Source: the human T2T-CHM13v2.0 reference genome, Homo sapiens. Taken from it: DNA of 64,000 nucleotides. Shown piece by piece: positions 1 to 63,200 of the stretch. A program made the translations under genes and the position numbers. How positions within the stretch are numbered: position 1 is the first letter of the stretch; each line of letters opens with the position of its first letter. The stretch lies in NCBI RefSeq assembly GCF_009914755.1, contig NC_060931.1; one strand, written 5' to 3'. The notes beneath the pieces are model-generated. The model had not been told where the DNA came from and made no database searches. It saw nothing but the letters and a program-made list of their open reading frames with translations.

Positions 1-2503
1 GGTCTCGAAGGACTTGCTTTATGAATCTGGGTGCTCCTGTATTGGGTGCATATATATTTAGGATAGTTAGCTTTTCTTGTTGAATTGATCCTTTTACCAT
101 TATGTAATGGCCTTCTTTGTCTCTTTTGATCTTTGTTGGTTTAAAGTCTGTTTTATCAGAGACTAGGATTGCAACCCCTGCTTTTTTATTTTTTTTATTT
201 TTTATTTTTGCCTTGGTAGATCTTCCTCCATCCTTTATTTTGAGCCTATGTTTGTCTCTGCATTTGAGATGGGTCTCCTGAATACAGCACACTGATGGGT
301 CTTAACTCTTTATCCAATTTGCCAGTCTGTGTCTTTTAATTGGGGCATTTAGCCCATTTACATTTAAGGTTAATATTGTTATGTGTGAATTTGATCCTGT
401 CATTATGATGTTAGCTGGTTATTTTGCCCATTAGTTGATGCAGTTTCTTCCTAGCATCAATGGTCTTTACAATTTGGCATGTTTTTGCAGTGGCTGGTAC
501 TGGTTGCTCCTTTCCACGTTTAGTGCTTCCTTCAGGAGCTCTTGTAAGGCAGGCCTGGTGGTGACAAAATTTCTCAGCATTTGTTTGTTTATAAAGGATT
601 TTATTTCTCCTTCACTTATGAAGCTTAGTTTGGCTGGATATGAAATTCTGGGTTGAAAATTCTTTTCTTTAAGAATGTTGAATATTGGCCCCCACTCTCT
701 TCTGGCTTGTAGAGTTTCTGCCAAGAGATCTGCTGTTATTCTGATGGGCTTCCCTTTGTGGGTAATCCGACCTTTCTCTCTGGCTGCCCTTAACATTTTT
801 TCCTTCATTTCAACCTTGGTGAATCTGATGATTATGTGTCTCAGGGTTGCTCTTCTTGAGGAATATCTTTGTGGTGTTCTCTGTATTTCCTGAACTTGAA
901 TGTTGGCCTGCCTTGCTAGGTTGGGGAAGTTCTGCTGGATAATATCCTGGGGAGTGTTTTCCAGCTTGGTTCCATTCTCCGCATCACTTTCAGGTACACC
1001 AATCAAAAATAGATATGCTTTTTCCACATAGTCCCATATTTCTTGGAGGCTTTGTTCGTTTCTTTTTACTCTTTTTTCTCTAAACTTCTCTTCTCACTTC
1101 ATTTCATTCATTTGATCTTCAATCACTGATATCCTTTCTTCCACTTGATCGAATCAGCTATTGAAGCTTCTGCATGCATCATGTAGTTCTCATGCCATGG
1201 TTTTGAGCTCCATCAGGTCATTTAAGTTCTTCTCTGCACTGTTTATTCTAGTTAGCCATTCGTCTAATGTTTTTTCAAGGTTTTTAGCTTCCTTGCAATG
1301 GGTTCGAACATCCTCCTTTAGCTTGGAGAAGTTCGTGATTACCGACCTTCTGAAGCCTACTTCTATCAACTCGTCAAAGTCATTCTCTGTCCAACTTTGT
1401 TCCGTTGCTGGCGAGGAGCTGTGATCCTTTAGAGAAGAGGTGCTCTGGTTTTTAAAATGTTCAGCTTTTCTGCTCTGGTTTCTCCCTATCTTTGTGGTTT
1501 TATCTACCTTTGGTCTTTGATTATGGTGACCTACAGATGGGGTTTTGGTGTGGATGTCCTTTCTGTTTGTTAGTTTTCCTTCTAACAGTCAGGCCCCTCA
1601 GCTGCAGGTCTGTTGGAGTTTGCTGGAGGTCCACTGCAGACCCTGTTTGCCTGGGTATCACCAGCTGAGGCTGCAGAACAGCAAATATTGCAGAACAGCA
1701 AATATTGCTGCCTGATCCTTCCTCTGGAAGCTTTGTCTCAGAGGGGCACCCAGCTGTATGAGGTGTCAGTTGACCCCTACTGGGAGGTGTCTCCTAGTTA
1801 GGCTACATGGGGTTCAGGGACCCACTTGAGGGGGCAGTCTGTCTGTTCTCAGAGCTTAAACACCATGCTGGGAGAACCACTGCTCTCTTCAGAGCTGTCA
1901 GACAGGGATGTTTAAGTCTGCAGAAGTTTCTGCTGCCTTTTGTTCGGCTCTGCCCTGCCCCCAGAGTTGGAGTCTACAGAGGCAGACAGGCCTCCTTGAG
2001 CTGTGGTGGGCTCCACCCAGTTCGAGCTTCCTGGCTGCTTTGTTTACCTACTCAAGACTCAGCAACGGCAGACGCCCCTTCCCCAGCCAGGCTGCTGCCT
2101 CACAGTTCGATCTCGGACTGCTGTGCTAGCAGTGAGCAAGGCTCCATGGGCATGGGACCTGCTGAGCCAGGCATGGGATATAATCTCCTGGTGTGCATTT
2201 GCTAAGACCGTTGGAAAAGCTCAGTAGTTGGGTGGCAGTGTCCCAATTTTCCTGGTACATACTGTCACAGCTGCCCTTGGCTAGGAAAGGGAAATCCCCT
2301 GACCCCTTGCACTTCCTGGGTGAGGTGATGCCCTGCCCTGCTTCGGCTTGCCCTCCATGGGCTGCACCCACTGTCCAACCAGTACCAATGAGATGAACCA
2401 GGTACCTCAGTTGGAAATGCAGAAATCACCCATCTTCTGTGTCAATCATGCTGGGAGCTGCAGACCGGAGCTGTTCCTATTTGGCCATCTTGGAATGAAC
2501 CCC
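1..2503 (-). mobile_element. L1PA (approx. PA6-PA8) 5' part: 5'UTR, decayed ORF1 (about 1489-467), start of ORF2 (from 403); continues beyond window start
   Basis: ORF1p peptide (IIIRFTKVEMKEKMLRAAREKG...YPAKLSF), ORF2 start MTGSNSHI, L1 5'UTR start CCAAGATGGCCAAATAGGAACAGCTCC; ORF1 start codon is ATA and the frame is broken. Confidence 0.95.
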
Positions 2504-2884
2504 ACTACCTGGATGGAATTTTTAAGTCAGTGGGGCTGATGAGATCACCTGGGGAGTGTACGAAGGCAGACAAGAGCATTCTGGGAAGAATTTAGAGTTC
2601 TCAGTCATTTGGTTGTGGGGCAGAGGAATAAGAACCCACGAGGTTTTATCTTTCTTTCTATCTATCTACGTGTACATAGAGAGTAACATATATGACTATG
2701 TAACTATAACCATGCATGTGTGTGTCTGTGTGTGTATGTGTATATATACATAAAGATACCTATATACATACATGACTTTTTTTCTGAACTGTTTTAAGAG
2801 TAGCTTGTAGACATGATATCCTTTTCTCCCTAAACAGTTCAGAGTATGTATGTATATATGTAAATATATATATGTGAATATGTA

Positions 2885-3071
2885 CAGTCGTGTGTTACTT
2901 ACTGATGGGGATATGTTCTGAAAAAAATGTGTCACTAGGTGATTTTGTCATTGTGGGAACATCATGGAATGTACTTACATAAACCTAGATGGTGTAGACT
3001 ATTGCTGCTAGTCTACAAACCTGTATAGTGTGTTACTATACGAATACTGGAGGTAATTGTAACACAATGGT

Positions 3072-3075
<4 letters not shown>
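2885..3075 (-). mobile_element. Tigger3/MER7-type DNA transposon fragment
   Basis: cagtcgtgtgttacttactgatggggatatgttctgaaaaa resembles the MER7 terminus. Confidence 0.6.

Positions 3076-3137
<62 letters not shown>
3076..3137. repeat. (CA)n(GA)n compound microsatellite
   Basis: Seen directly. Confidence 0.95.
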
Positions 3138-3142
<5 letters not shown>

Positions 3143-3973
3143 AAAGCCAATATAGTAAAATGTTACTATATTGGGAATCTGAATGATGCCTGGAATCCAG
3201 GAATCTTTGTTCCACTTTTGCTCTCTCTCTCTATGTGTCTACATGTAAACCTTTCACAACTTTTCTGTAAGTCTGAAATAATGGCAAAATAAAGTGGTGC
3301 AAATTGAGTACTGAGGTGGATGATGACCTCACTTTGGACTAGGCAAGAAATCTTGTAAGATATAATATTCAGCTGGATTTGTATTTAGAAATTCAAAGGT
3401 GATGAGCAGGGCATTTTGGTAGTGGGAGTAGGATGAGCATGCCGTAGAGGTGGCAAATAGCAGGGTTTATTCAGGAATGAACAGCAGGTGATTGGGTTCT
3501 CATCTCTGAGTGCTTTCCTTGGCACTGAACACTAAGCAAAGTGGGTGGTAAGGTCATTTGCAGAGAGTAAACGGGTGGGATGGGAAATGTGATCGAGACT
3601 GTGATAGGGATTCAAATGGATTCTGATTCAAATTATTCAAATGGATTCTGAGCAACATTAATGGTCCAGTGGAATAAATTTGAAATGGAATTGGCTCAAT
3701 TTCTTGTCTTTTTCTGGCAATGTTGAGCAAGCCAGGAAAACAGAACAGTTAGAGATTAGCAAGTTAAGTGCAGCAAGAAGGACAAGAGACCAAGGAGAAT
3801 GGTATTAAAATAGTTTCTCTTGAGTCTGGCTGGGAAGGAGCAAGTGAGGCTTAAAGGAGGATGGGCAGTGTTTGGGAAGAGACCCAAGAAAGGACGATGG
3901 CAGGATCTGGAAATCTTAGACTATTCACAGTCTTGTTTCCTCATCTACTATTTTAAGAAGCTGGATTAGGTGA

Positions 3974-4274
<301 letters not shown>

Positions 4275-4650
4275 TGAGGCATGTGGCCTCTTAGAAAAGG
4301 GTATGGTAGGAGGTCAAGGTTAACACCTGGGTATAGCTATAAAGCTCAAGCTATAATATTTTCAGTTAGGGCCCAAAGCTGAAAAAGGAGAATGAACTGA
4401 AGGTTAGGACTGGAAGGGAGAAGGGAGGGGACTTGCAGGTTTAGGAGGAGTGAGCAGCAGTGAAGAAGAGATAAGGAGGCAAGATTAGAATCAGGAGACC
4501 AGGTTTGGGGTTTGAAATCTTGGAGTTGGAGCATTTCCAAGTGTTGATTGGAGTCCATGTGTGGTCATACATGTGGGTGGATGAAAAGGGAGGAGAAGGT
4601 CAGTACAGTTGGAAGGTTTGAGGAATGTTAAGGTCAGAGTATAGGAAGGA

Positions 4651-5186
<536 letters not shown>

Positions 5187-5272
5187 TTAGAAGATCACTA
5201 AATTCATGACAGACATCAATGGAGTGCAATAAATCTGTTACATTCTCTTGTATCAAATTTAAGAAGATTTGT

Positions 5273-5584
5273 GGCTGGGCGCTTTGGCTTATGCCTGTAA
5301 TCTCAGCATTTTGGAAGGCCGAGGTGGGCAGATCACCTGAGGTCAGGAGTTCAAGACCAGCCTGGCCAACATGGTGAAACCCTGTCTCCACTAAAAAAAA
5401 AACAATAATAATACAAAAATTAGCCGGGCATGGTGGTGGGTGCCTGTGATCCCAGCTACTCGGGAGGCTGAGGCAGGAGAATCACTTGAACCTGGAAGGC
5501 GGAGGTTGCAGTGAGCAGAGTTGTGCAACTGCACTCCAGCCTGAGTGACAGCGTCTGTCTCAAAAAAAAAAAAAAAAAAAAAAA
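5273..5584 (+). mobile_element. AluS with TSD aagaagatttg
   Basis: Alu consensus, A tail, flanking direct repeat. Confidence 0.95.
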
Positions 5585-5668
5585 GAAGATTTGCAAAATG
5601 TCTGTTTGCATGGGAGGAAAATTTAAGATGTTATATTTGATGTTCAATAAATTGACTCTGATATTTAG

Positions 5669-6052
<384 letters not shown>

Positions 6053-6530
6053 AAAAATAGCTTTAAGAAATCTAGGTATGGAAAAGAAAAGTTACCAATA
6101 TAAAAAGTATAGTGTGATAAGTACATAAAATAATTCTTACTCTTTATGAAAGGATTTACTGTGGTCCTTTAAATATGAATTATCTTAATATCCTTATTAA
6201 CCACGTGAGAAAATAAAAAGGAGATTAAAGTTGTATGCATTTTGAGATTAGTCTATTGAATAAAGGACTTATGCCTGTAGTTGCACTGGTTTTTGGAAAC
6301 AATATAATATGTTCAGAAAGCACAATATGTTCATGCTCACTCTGGAATCTGAAACATCTTCATCAATTAAACTAGAAAAAAAATCTATGTGACACTAAGA
6401 ATCATTAATAGTAAAGATTAATACCATTAATCATTAATAGTAGAGAGTAGTAACAAGTAAAATAGCCCTTTTCAATAACATATAGATAACATCCTTTGAT
6501 GGTTGTTGTTTCTTCATTATAATAAATGTG

Positions 6531-7080
6531 TAGAACTAGAAATACCATTTGACCCAGCAATACCATTACTGGGTATATATCCAAAGGATTATAAATCATT
6601 CTACTATAAAGACACATGCACACATATGTTTACTGCGGCACTGTTCACAATAGCAAAGACTTGGAACCAACCCAAATGCCCATCAATGATAGACTAGATA
6701 AAGAAAATGTGGCACATATGCAGCATGGAATACTATGCAGCCATAAAAAAGGATGAGTTCGTGTCCTTTGCAGGGACATGGATGAAGCTGGAAACCATCA
6801 TTCTCAGCAAACTAACACAGGAACAGAAAACCAAACACCGCATGTTCTCACTCATAAGTGGGAGTTGAACAATGAGAATGCATGGACACAGGGAGGGGAA
6901 CATCACACACCAGGGTCTGTAGGGGGGTGGAGAGTTAGGGGAGGGATAGCATTAGGAGAAATACCTAATATAGATGACAGGTTGATGGGTTCAGCAAACC
7001 ACCATGGCACGTGTATGCCTATGTAACAAACCTGCACGTTCTGCACATGTACTCCAGAACTTAAAGTATAATAATAATTT
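6531..7080 (+). mobile_element. L1PA 3' end (5'-truncated)
   Basis: ORF2 C-terminus (LEIPFDPAIPLLGIYPKDYK) and 3'UTR ending agaacttaaagtataat. Confidence 0.93.
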
Positions 7081-7118
7081 TAAAAAGTGTAAAAGAAGTG
7101 GCCCTTCAGCCAAATAAC

Positions 7119-7188
7119 CTGAGGTAGAGAACTTGAGTTTAGCTCTTCTTGCCACTGCCTTATGATTAGGTCTTGGCCTTTTCTCTCC
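7119..7188 (-). CDS. MATCAP2: KIAA0895/MATCAP2 long isoform coding exon 2 (GEKRPRPNHKAVARRAKLKFSTS, 70 nt)
   Basis: tttttacag|GGA acceptor, TCAG|gttatt donor; phase 0 joins exon 1 in frame; matches the recalled protein continuation. Confidence 0.78.
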
Positions 7189-8743
7189 CTGTAAAAATAA
7201 AAAGATTTGTGTTATTGTATTACTTTGTGAATTAAGTATAAATAGTCTAAAAATTTTAAAATTAAATATAAATAGTATTTTAAAAAGTATAAAAATAGTA
7301 TAAAATATAAAATACAAATGTGTGTGACTGTATTTTGAAAAATTAACTGTAAATATACAGCATTTGGAGGGTCTTTGTTGCAGTCCCTGCTTTCAAATTT
7401 TTGTGTTTTTCAGCCTTTTTATCAGCAATTTTATCTGCAAAAGACATAATTATTATTTCCTTTGTTTAAAAGAACAGGTCTTGGAGCAAATACTCATTTT
7501 CCAGGGCTATCTTTAATCTCTAGTTATTTCTACTTCAGACTCTTGGTTCTATTCTTAAATTAATGTATTATGTTGTGGGTTTTATTTAAATAACTTGGGA
7601 AGTTTTGTGTTTTATATAAATAAGTAGGGAAGACACTTTTGATGATTTAGGCCAATCCCTTAGCCTCTATGCATCTCAGTTTTCCCATCTCTAAAATAGG
7701 AATAAGAGTTATGCTTATATTCATTTATTTAACAAGTATCTACTGCACTCATGTGCCAGAAGGTGCTGGGTTACAGCTATAAACAAGTCCCTGCACTGCC
7801 ACAGCTTACACTGTAGTAGGAAGGCCTAGCTAATAAACATAAACACATAACTAAAATAATGTCAGATAGTGGCAAATGTGATGAAGAAGTCAGAGTAATA
7901 GAATGGAAAGTGATTGGTGGGCAGAGAAGATGGGGGTGGCCACCTGATCAAAGAAGTCTTCTTTCAGGAGGTAGCACATGCAAGCTTAGGCCCAAATAAC
8001 GAGGAGCAGACGTGCTAAATCTAGAGGAAGAGTGTCCAGGCAGTGGAAAGTCCTTGAGGCAGGAAGAAATTTGGCATTTTTTTATGACCAGAAAAAAGGC
8101 CTGAAGCTGGAGCATAGTGAAAAGAAAAAAAAAAAAAGGAAAGTATTGTGATGTTAGGAGAATACTAGGTTATTCGGAGAGGCAGGTAGATTCCAGATCA
8201 TGCATGGCCTTGTAGGTATGATAAGGATATTATTGGATATCATTTTAATTACAACGAAAGACATAGAGCAGCTCCAAACAAGGAATTGACACTGCAAAAT
8301 TTACATTTGAAAAAGATCCCTCTCTATAAATAAATTACTAAAACTAAAAAGATCAGCAACAACAAAGATACGTAGGAATAAATTTAACAAAAGTTTACAG
8401 ATCTTTATGTAAGTTTGTTATAGACATTTTTAGCAGGTATAATGAAGATATACCATGCTCATAAATGGGTAGCATTGCTGTCACAAAGATGCGAATTCTC
8501 TCCAAATTATGTGATAAATTCAGTGCAATTTGAATTAAAAATCAGAAGAGGATTTTCTTTTCTTTTCTTTTTGGATCTTGAGAATCTGACCCTAAAATTC
8601 ATGTGGAAGAACAATGAGGCAAAATAATCCAAGTTGAATTGGAATTTGCCCTACCAGATATCAACATTTATAACTAATATAGTGTGATATTGGGAGAGGA
8701 ATAGATAGACCAGTAGAACAGAATAGAGTCCGACATAGACCTA

Positions 8744-9500
<757 letters not shown>

Positions 9501-9679
9501 CTAAGACAACTGGTTATCCATACAAAAAACAAGATCAATCCAGATAGTTTAAAGACAAAAGCATGAAAAGCCATACTTTAAAATATTTAGAAGAAAGTAC
9601 AGCAGAACATCTTTATTATCTCAGGGTATGGAAGGATTTCTTAAGGCATAAAAAACACAAATCCTAAAGGAAAATATAT

Positions 9680-9702
9680 ATGGTATATGTGTATGTGTAT
9701 GT

Positions 9703-9740
<38 letters not shown>
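9680..9740. repeat. (TG)n microsatellite
   Basis: Seen directly. Confidence 0.95.
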
Positions 9741-9742
<2 letters not shown>

Positions 9743-12322
9743 CATTAGTTATATTAAACATTTCTGTACATCTGAAACATCATAAAGTAAAAAGACAAGC
9801 CACAAACCAAAAAATTGGCAAGCCGAAAAACCAACCAAGTTTATTTTCCCAGAAAATAGTAAACAACCAACAAAAACCCTATAAATCCATAAGAAAAAGG
9901 CAAATAATTGCACAGAAAAATGGGCAAGGATATAAAGTTGAAAATCACAGAAAAAGAAAATTGAAAGTCCAATAAATAAAAAGTCATGTTCACCTTCACT
10001 AGTGATAAGAGAAAGGCACTCAAACAAGAATGGCAAAATTTAAAATGTATCCACATATTGGGGAGGAACTAGAGCAGCAGCCAGGGGCATATACTACTGA
10101 CTGGAGTATCATTTGTTATGACCATTTTGAAGAGCAGTTTATTTTTAATATCTGGTAATAATATTCCTAGGTATATTGCTCTAGAGAAAGTTTTGCATGT
10201 GCATATAAAGGATAGTCATGGCATCATGGGGTCTTTGGAATGAAAAACTGGAAATAAGCTAAATGTCCATTAACAGGATAATGGGTACATAAATTACAAG
10301 TATATTTGTATAATAAAATTTAGCAGTGAACATGAATGAAATGCAGCTACAGTTATTAGTGAGGATAAATCCCATAAAGATATTATTGGGCCAGAAAAAG
10401 TTGCAGAAAGACTTACATTCTGCAAATAAAATTTATATATAAAACACTAGATATTGTTATGGATATATATGTAGATGTGATAAAAGTATACATATTTCTA
10501 TGGGAATGATAAACATCAAATCAAGATAGTTTTACCCTGGAAGAGTGGGAAGATGAATGAGAATAGGAAGGGACACACAGGAGACTTCAATTACATGTGG
10601 GATGTTTTGTATTTTTTTAAGCTAGGTGGCTGGTATATGGTTATGTTTTATTATTCACATTTTTATTGTATTTCATAACATAATTTTTTTGTTTTCAAAT
10701 TTTTTTATTTGTTATATAACACAATTTTTAAAAAGATAAAAGTCATTCTAGCCTAGAAACTGAAGAATGAACTACCGGGGGTTAAGAATGAAAGGAGGTA
10801 TAGTAGGAGACAATTGTAATACCCTAGGAGAGTAGACTTGAATATCTACCGTAGTTTCTGGCACATAGTAGGTGTTTCAGTCTTAGGAGTTATTTAATTG
10901 TGATGGTTGCCATTATCACTATCATCATCATTATCAAGGTAGAAACCAAAGACATAGTGGGATGGTGAGGGAAGATACACTAAATGTTGTGAGTAGCTAT
11001 CTTATGCTAGGTGCTTTACCTCTTTTAGTCTTAACTAGAATCTAGTTGAGGTAGATACAAAGAAACTAAGGCTCATAGAAGTGATAGCCAGAAGGCACAA
11101 CGGCTACATAAATTTCTAACGACTCATTTTCCAACGTTGTTTAAAACACGCATACACACACAGACACGCCCCAAATACATACACACCTTTCTTGTCACAC
11201 TTGAAAAAAATGGAAGTATCTTTTTCCTTTGTTCATAAGTAACACATTCTGGGTTAAATATTAATAATTCCATATACTACACACTCGGACAGTGTCTTAT
11301 TACTTATTATGAAATATTTTTGGATTATGTCTCTCCATTTTTCATCTGCCCCTCCTAACAACTCTGAGGAAATCAGGGCAGATGATTATTCCTGTTACAC
11401 AGATAAGTAAACTAAAATACAAACAGGCTAAATCAGAAGTTCTTGTCCTGGTGTCCATGAACTTCACAAAATCCTGTTAAATAGTTTATGATTAAATGGT
11501 CATTTTTCTAGGTAGAGGGTCAGTTTTAACATATTTCCAAAGGAGTCCATGACTCCCCACAAAGGTTAAAAAAAAAAAAAACCCATGGGTTAACCGATTT
11601 GGCTAACTGGGTGGAGCCCTGACCCCAAGCAATATTTCCCTTACCTCTTGCCGTGATTTCAGTCACGTACAATTTATCATACAAAAATTCAAATTAAAAA
11701 TATTAGTAAATTCTTTTTGTAATGTTGATTGACTGCTAAGATGGACATATTATTAAACATATTGAAACCACTCAGTTGGGAGGAATAGTTCTGTTTTGTT
11801 CAGCTCATGGACAGTCACTCTTAACTTTTCAGATGAACAAATCAAGAACTGTCATCTTTACCTGCACAGACTTGTTATAGAAGAAATGAATCTGATACAG
11901 AAATTATGTAACCTATCTTACAATTTGGAGTACTCTACAAAGAATAAGCAGGAGACACAGCCTTAGCTAGTGTGGAAAACGGGTCATGAGCTGAGAACAG
12001 GGTTTTCATTTCTTTGGACCAGTTTCTTTAACGTTTTCGGGTGTCCCTTCTCTCGGCAGTAAAAGGAAGGATTGAACTAGATAGAGGGCTTGTCAGAATT
12101 CCTCCCGCTCTAACACTGTACACAGTTGGATGGAATTTAAAATAAAAAATTGTGCATGAACGCTTCACACAGTCTGTTAATTTTAGCTTTATTTCATTGG
12201 CTTAGAGTGTCGGGGACCCACCGGAACTGGCTTTTCTGAGGGCCAGGCCTGCAGTCCCCCTTTTGGGGACTAGGAGTTGGGTGTGACCTAGGAAACAAAG
12301 CTACTGAAGGCCAACGGGCTAG

Positions 12323-12612
<290 letters not shown>

Positions 12613-12631
12613 AACACAAGGGCTCTTAATC

Positions 12632-12795
12632 CTTTTTTTTTCTTTTTTGAGGCAGGGTCTCACTCTGCCGCCCAGGCTGGAGTGCAGTAGTGAGATCGCA
12701 GCTCACTGCAGCCATGACCTCCTGGGCTCAAGCGATCCTCCAGCCTCAGCCTCCCCAAATGCTGGGATTATAAGCATGCGCCACTACTCCCGGCC
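12632..12795 (-). mobile_element. Alu monomer (FLAM/AluJ-type)
   Basis: Single-arm Alu sequence. Confidence 0.8.
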
Positions 12796-13103
12796 TTAAT
12801 ACTTTATTTAGGAATGAAGGAAGGCGGGAACACCCAAACGCGGTTGGTGTGAAGCAATCGCCTTAAAGCTGAGGGGAATGTGTGGTTGTTGGGGGTGGAG
12901 CCAGGAACCCGACGCCGTTGGAGAGCAGGAAGCGCCCCGCTGCCCGCCTCCACCCCGCGGCGAGGGCTGGGAGGGGGCCGGGAAGGAGGCGGGGCCGCCC
13001 CTGGGAACCACCCGGCCCGGCGCGGCCACGTGACCGAGCGCAGGGGCGGGGAGAGGGCGCCCCGGCTCCGCCCAGCGCGCATGCTCGCGGCTCGGCGCTG
13101 AAA

Positions 13104-13115
13104 TTCAAATTTGAA
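13104..13115. promoter_or_regulatory. Palindromic double CHR element (TTCAAA-TTTGAA)
   Basis: Perfect 12-bp palindrome with TTTGAA on both strands near the inferred ANLN TSS; a further TTTGAA at 13250-13255. Confidence 0.7.
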
Positions 13116-13294
13116 CGGCTGCAGAGGCCGAGTCCGTCACTGGAAGCCGAGAGGAGAGGACAGCTGGTTGTGGGAGAGTTCCCCCGCCTCAGACTCCTGG
13201 TTTTTTCCAGGAGACACACTGAGCTGAGACTCACTTTTCTCTTCCTGAATTTGAACCACCGTTTCCATCGTCTCGTAGTCCGACGCCTGGGGCG

Positions 13295-61800
<48,506 letters not shown>

Positions 61801-61869
61801 TAGTCTTTAACTTCCTTTTTTCCATTTTGTGAAATACAGACTTGTTTCCCATAGGAATGAAATCCTTTG

Positions 61870-63200
61870 TGATTAAGTAATAAGTTGGTTCAGTAAAGAT
61901 TTGTTTTATGTCCTTTATATGCCAATCACTGTGCTGCCATTGGAATGTAAAAGACCACAAAAAATAATTCCTCTGCTCATGAGTTTTTAGTTTAGAAGAG
62001 AGAAATACAAACGAACAGACAAGCACAATATAATACTCTAATAGGAGAAAACAGGGTGCATCGGTGTCAATTGGTGGGACACCAGGTCTTGACTGTGTGT
62101 GGGGTGGGATAAAGGGAACTGCTGAGAGAAGTAATTTCTAAACTGAGTAAGTTAATCTGAGAGAAAGATGAGAAGTGCTCCAGATAGGGGGAGAATGTAC
62201 AGTGGCTTGAAGGGCCCTTCTTTGTCACTCCTACCCAAAGAAAAGAAGAATGACACATGCAGACAGTGGAAGGTATTTCAGGATAGCTAGAGCTTAGAGT
62301 TTGAGGGCATGCATGTGATTGGTGGGTGGGGAATGAGGAGGAAAGTGTGGTTAGGGGAAATGGGGCAAGAGTTCAAGGGCCTTTTAAAGAATTTGGACTT
62401 TATCCTAGAGTCAGCGAGTTACTCTTATAGGATTTTAAGCAGAGGAAATTATCCAACTTGGGATTGAGAAAATCATTCTGACCAATGTGGAAAGCAGATT
62501 GGAGAATGACAACCCGAAGAAGACTAGTCAGTTCCCACCAATGTGGGAAATTTTAATGAGTTAAGTTTTACGTGATTTGAATTTTAGATGCCTGGAAACA
62601 TGTGTGAAAGTTCTGGGTTTGGAGCTCAAGACAGACATTTAGTAGAGGTAAAGATGTGGATATCTGCAGCATGGGGAAGCCCAGGGCAAGTGAGGGAAGC
62701 AGAGCCAACTCACTGGAGGAGTGCCAGCATTGAAAGGACGGATGGAAGGAGGGAAGCCTCAGAGGAGACTGCAGGGAGAGAAACGGAGAATCTAGCATCA
62801 TGGTTGTCAATAGAAGAGAACATTGAAAGGAGGGAGTGGTTGAGTTAGATCAGATTCTGTTAGGACTGTTGGACTTATTATTGGGTGATCATTCTGGCGC
62901 AGGTGAGGGCAGATGCTAGACTGCAAATGGGTCCAGAGTGAGTGGGAGATGAGGAATGAGCACAGGAGCTTGGAAACTCTTGGAAACACTTTGGCAGTGA
63001 AGGAGTAAGGAGAGAAGAGTGTTGTGCTTGCAGAGGTATGTAGGGTGAAAGGAGGATTTTGTCAACATTTTGTTAAGATGGGAGAGACGTAAGCGGCTTT
63101 AAATGTAGATGGGTAGCTTCTAATAGGGCCAAAGAGATTGAAGATAGAGGCCATGGAGGACCTGATCTAGGGCTTATGGGGTAATTCATAGAGCAAGGTC
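61870..63200 (+). mobile_element. Degenerate L2/MIR-type fragments
   Basis: Purine-rich L2-like motifs (tttggactttatcct...ggattttaagcag). Confidence 0.5.

Noticed and set aside
467-1027. 186-aa L1 ORF1p fragment as a functional gene
   Set aside because: The start codon is mutated, the upstream frame is broken, and the element is old.
3608-3652. Short direct repeats (gattcaaatggattctga; also near 20675 and 24402) as a repeat-spacer array
   Set aside because: Only two copies each, consistent with local slippage; eukaryotic intron with no CRISPR-like structure.
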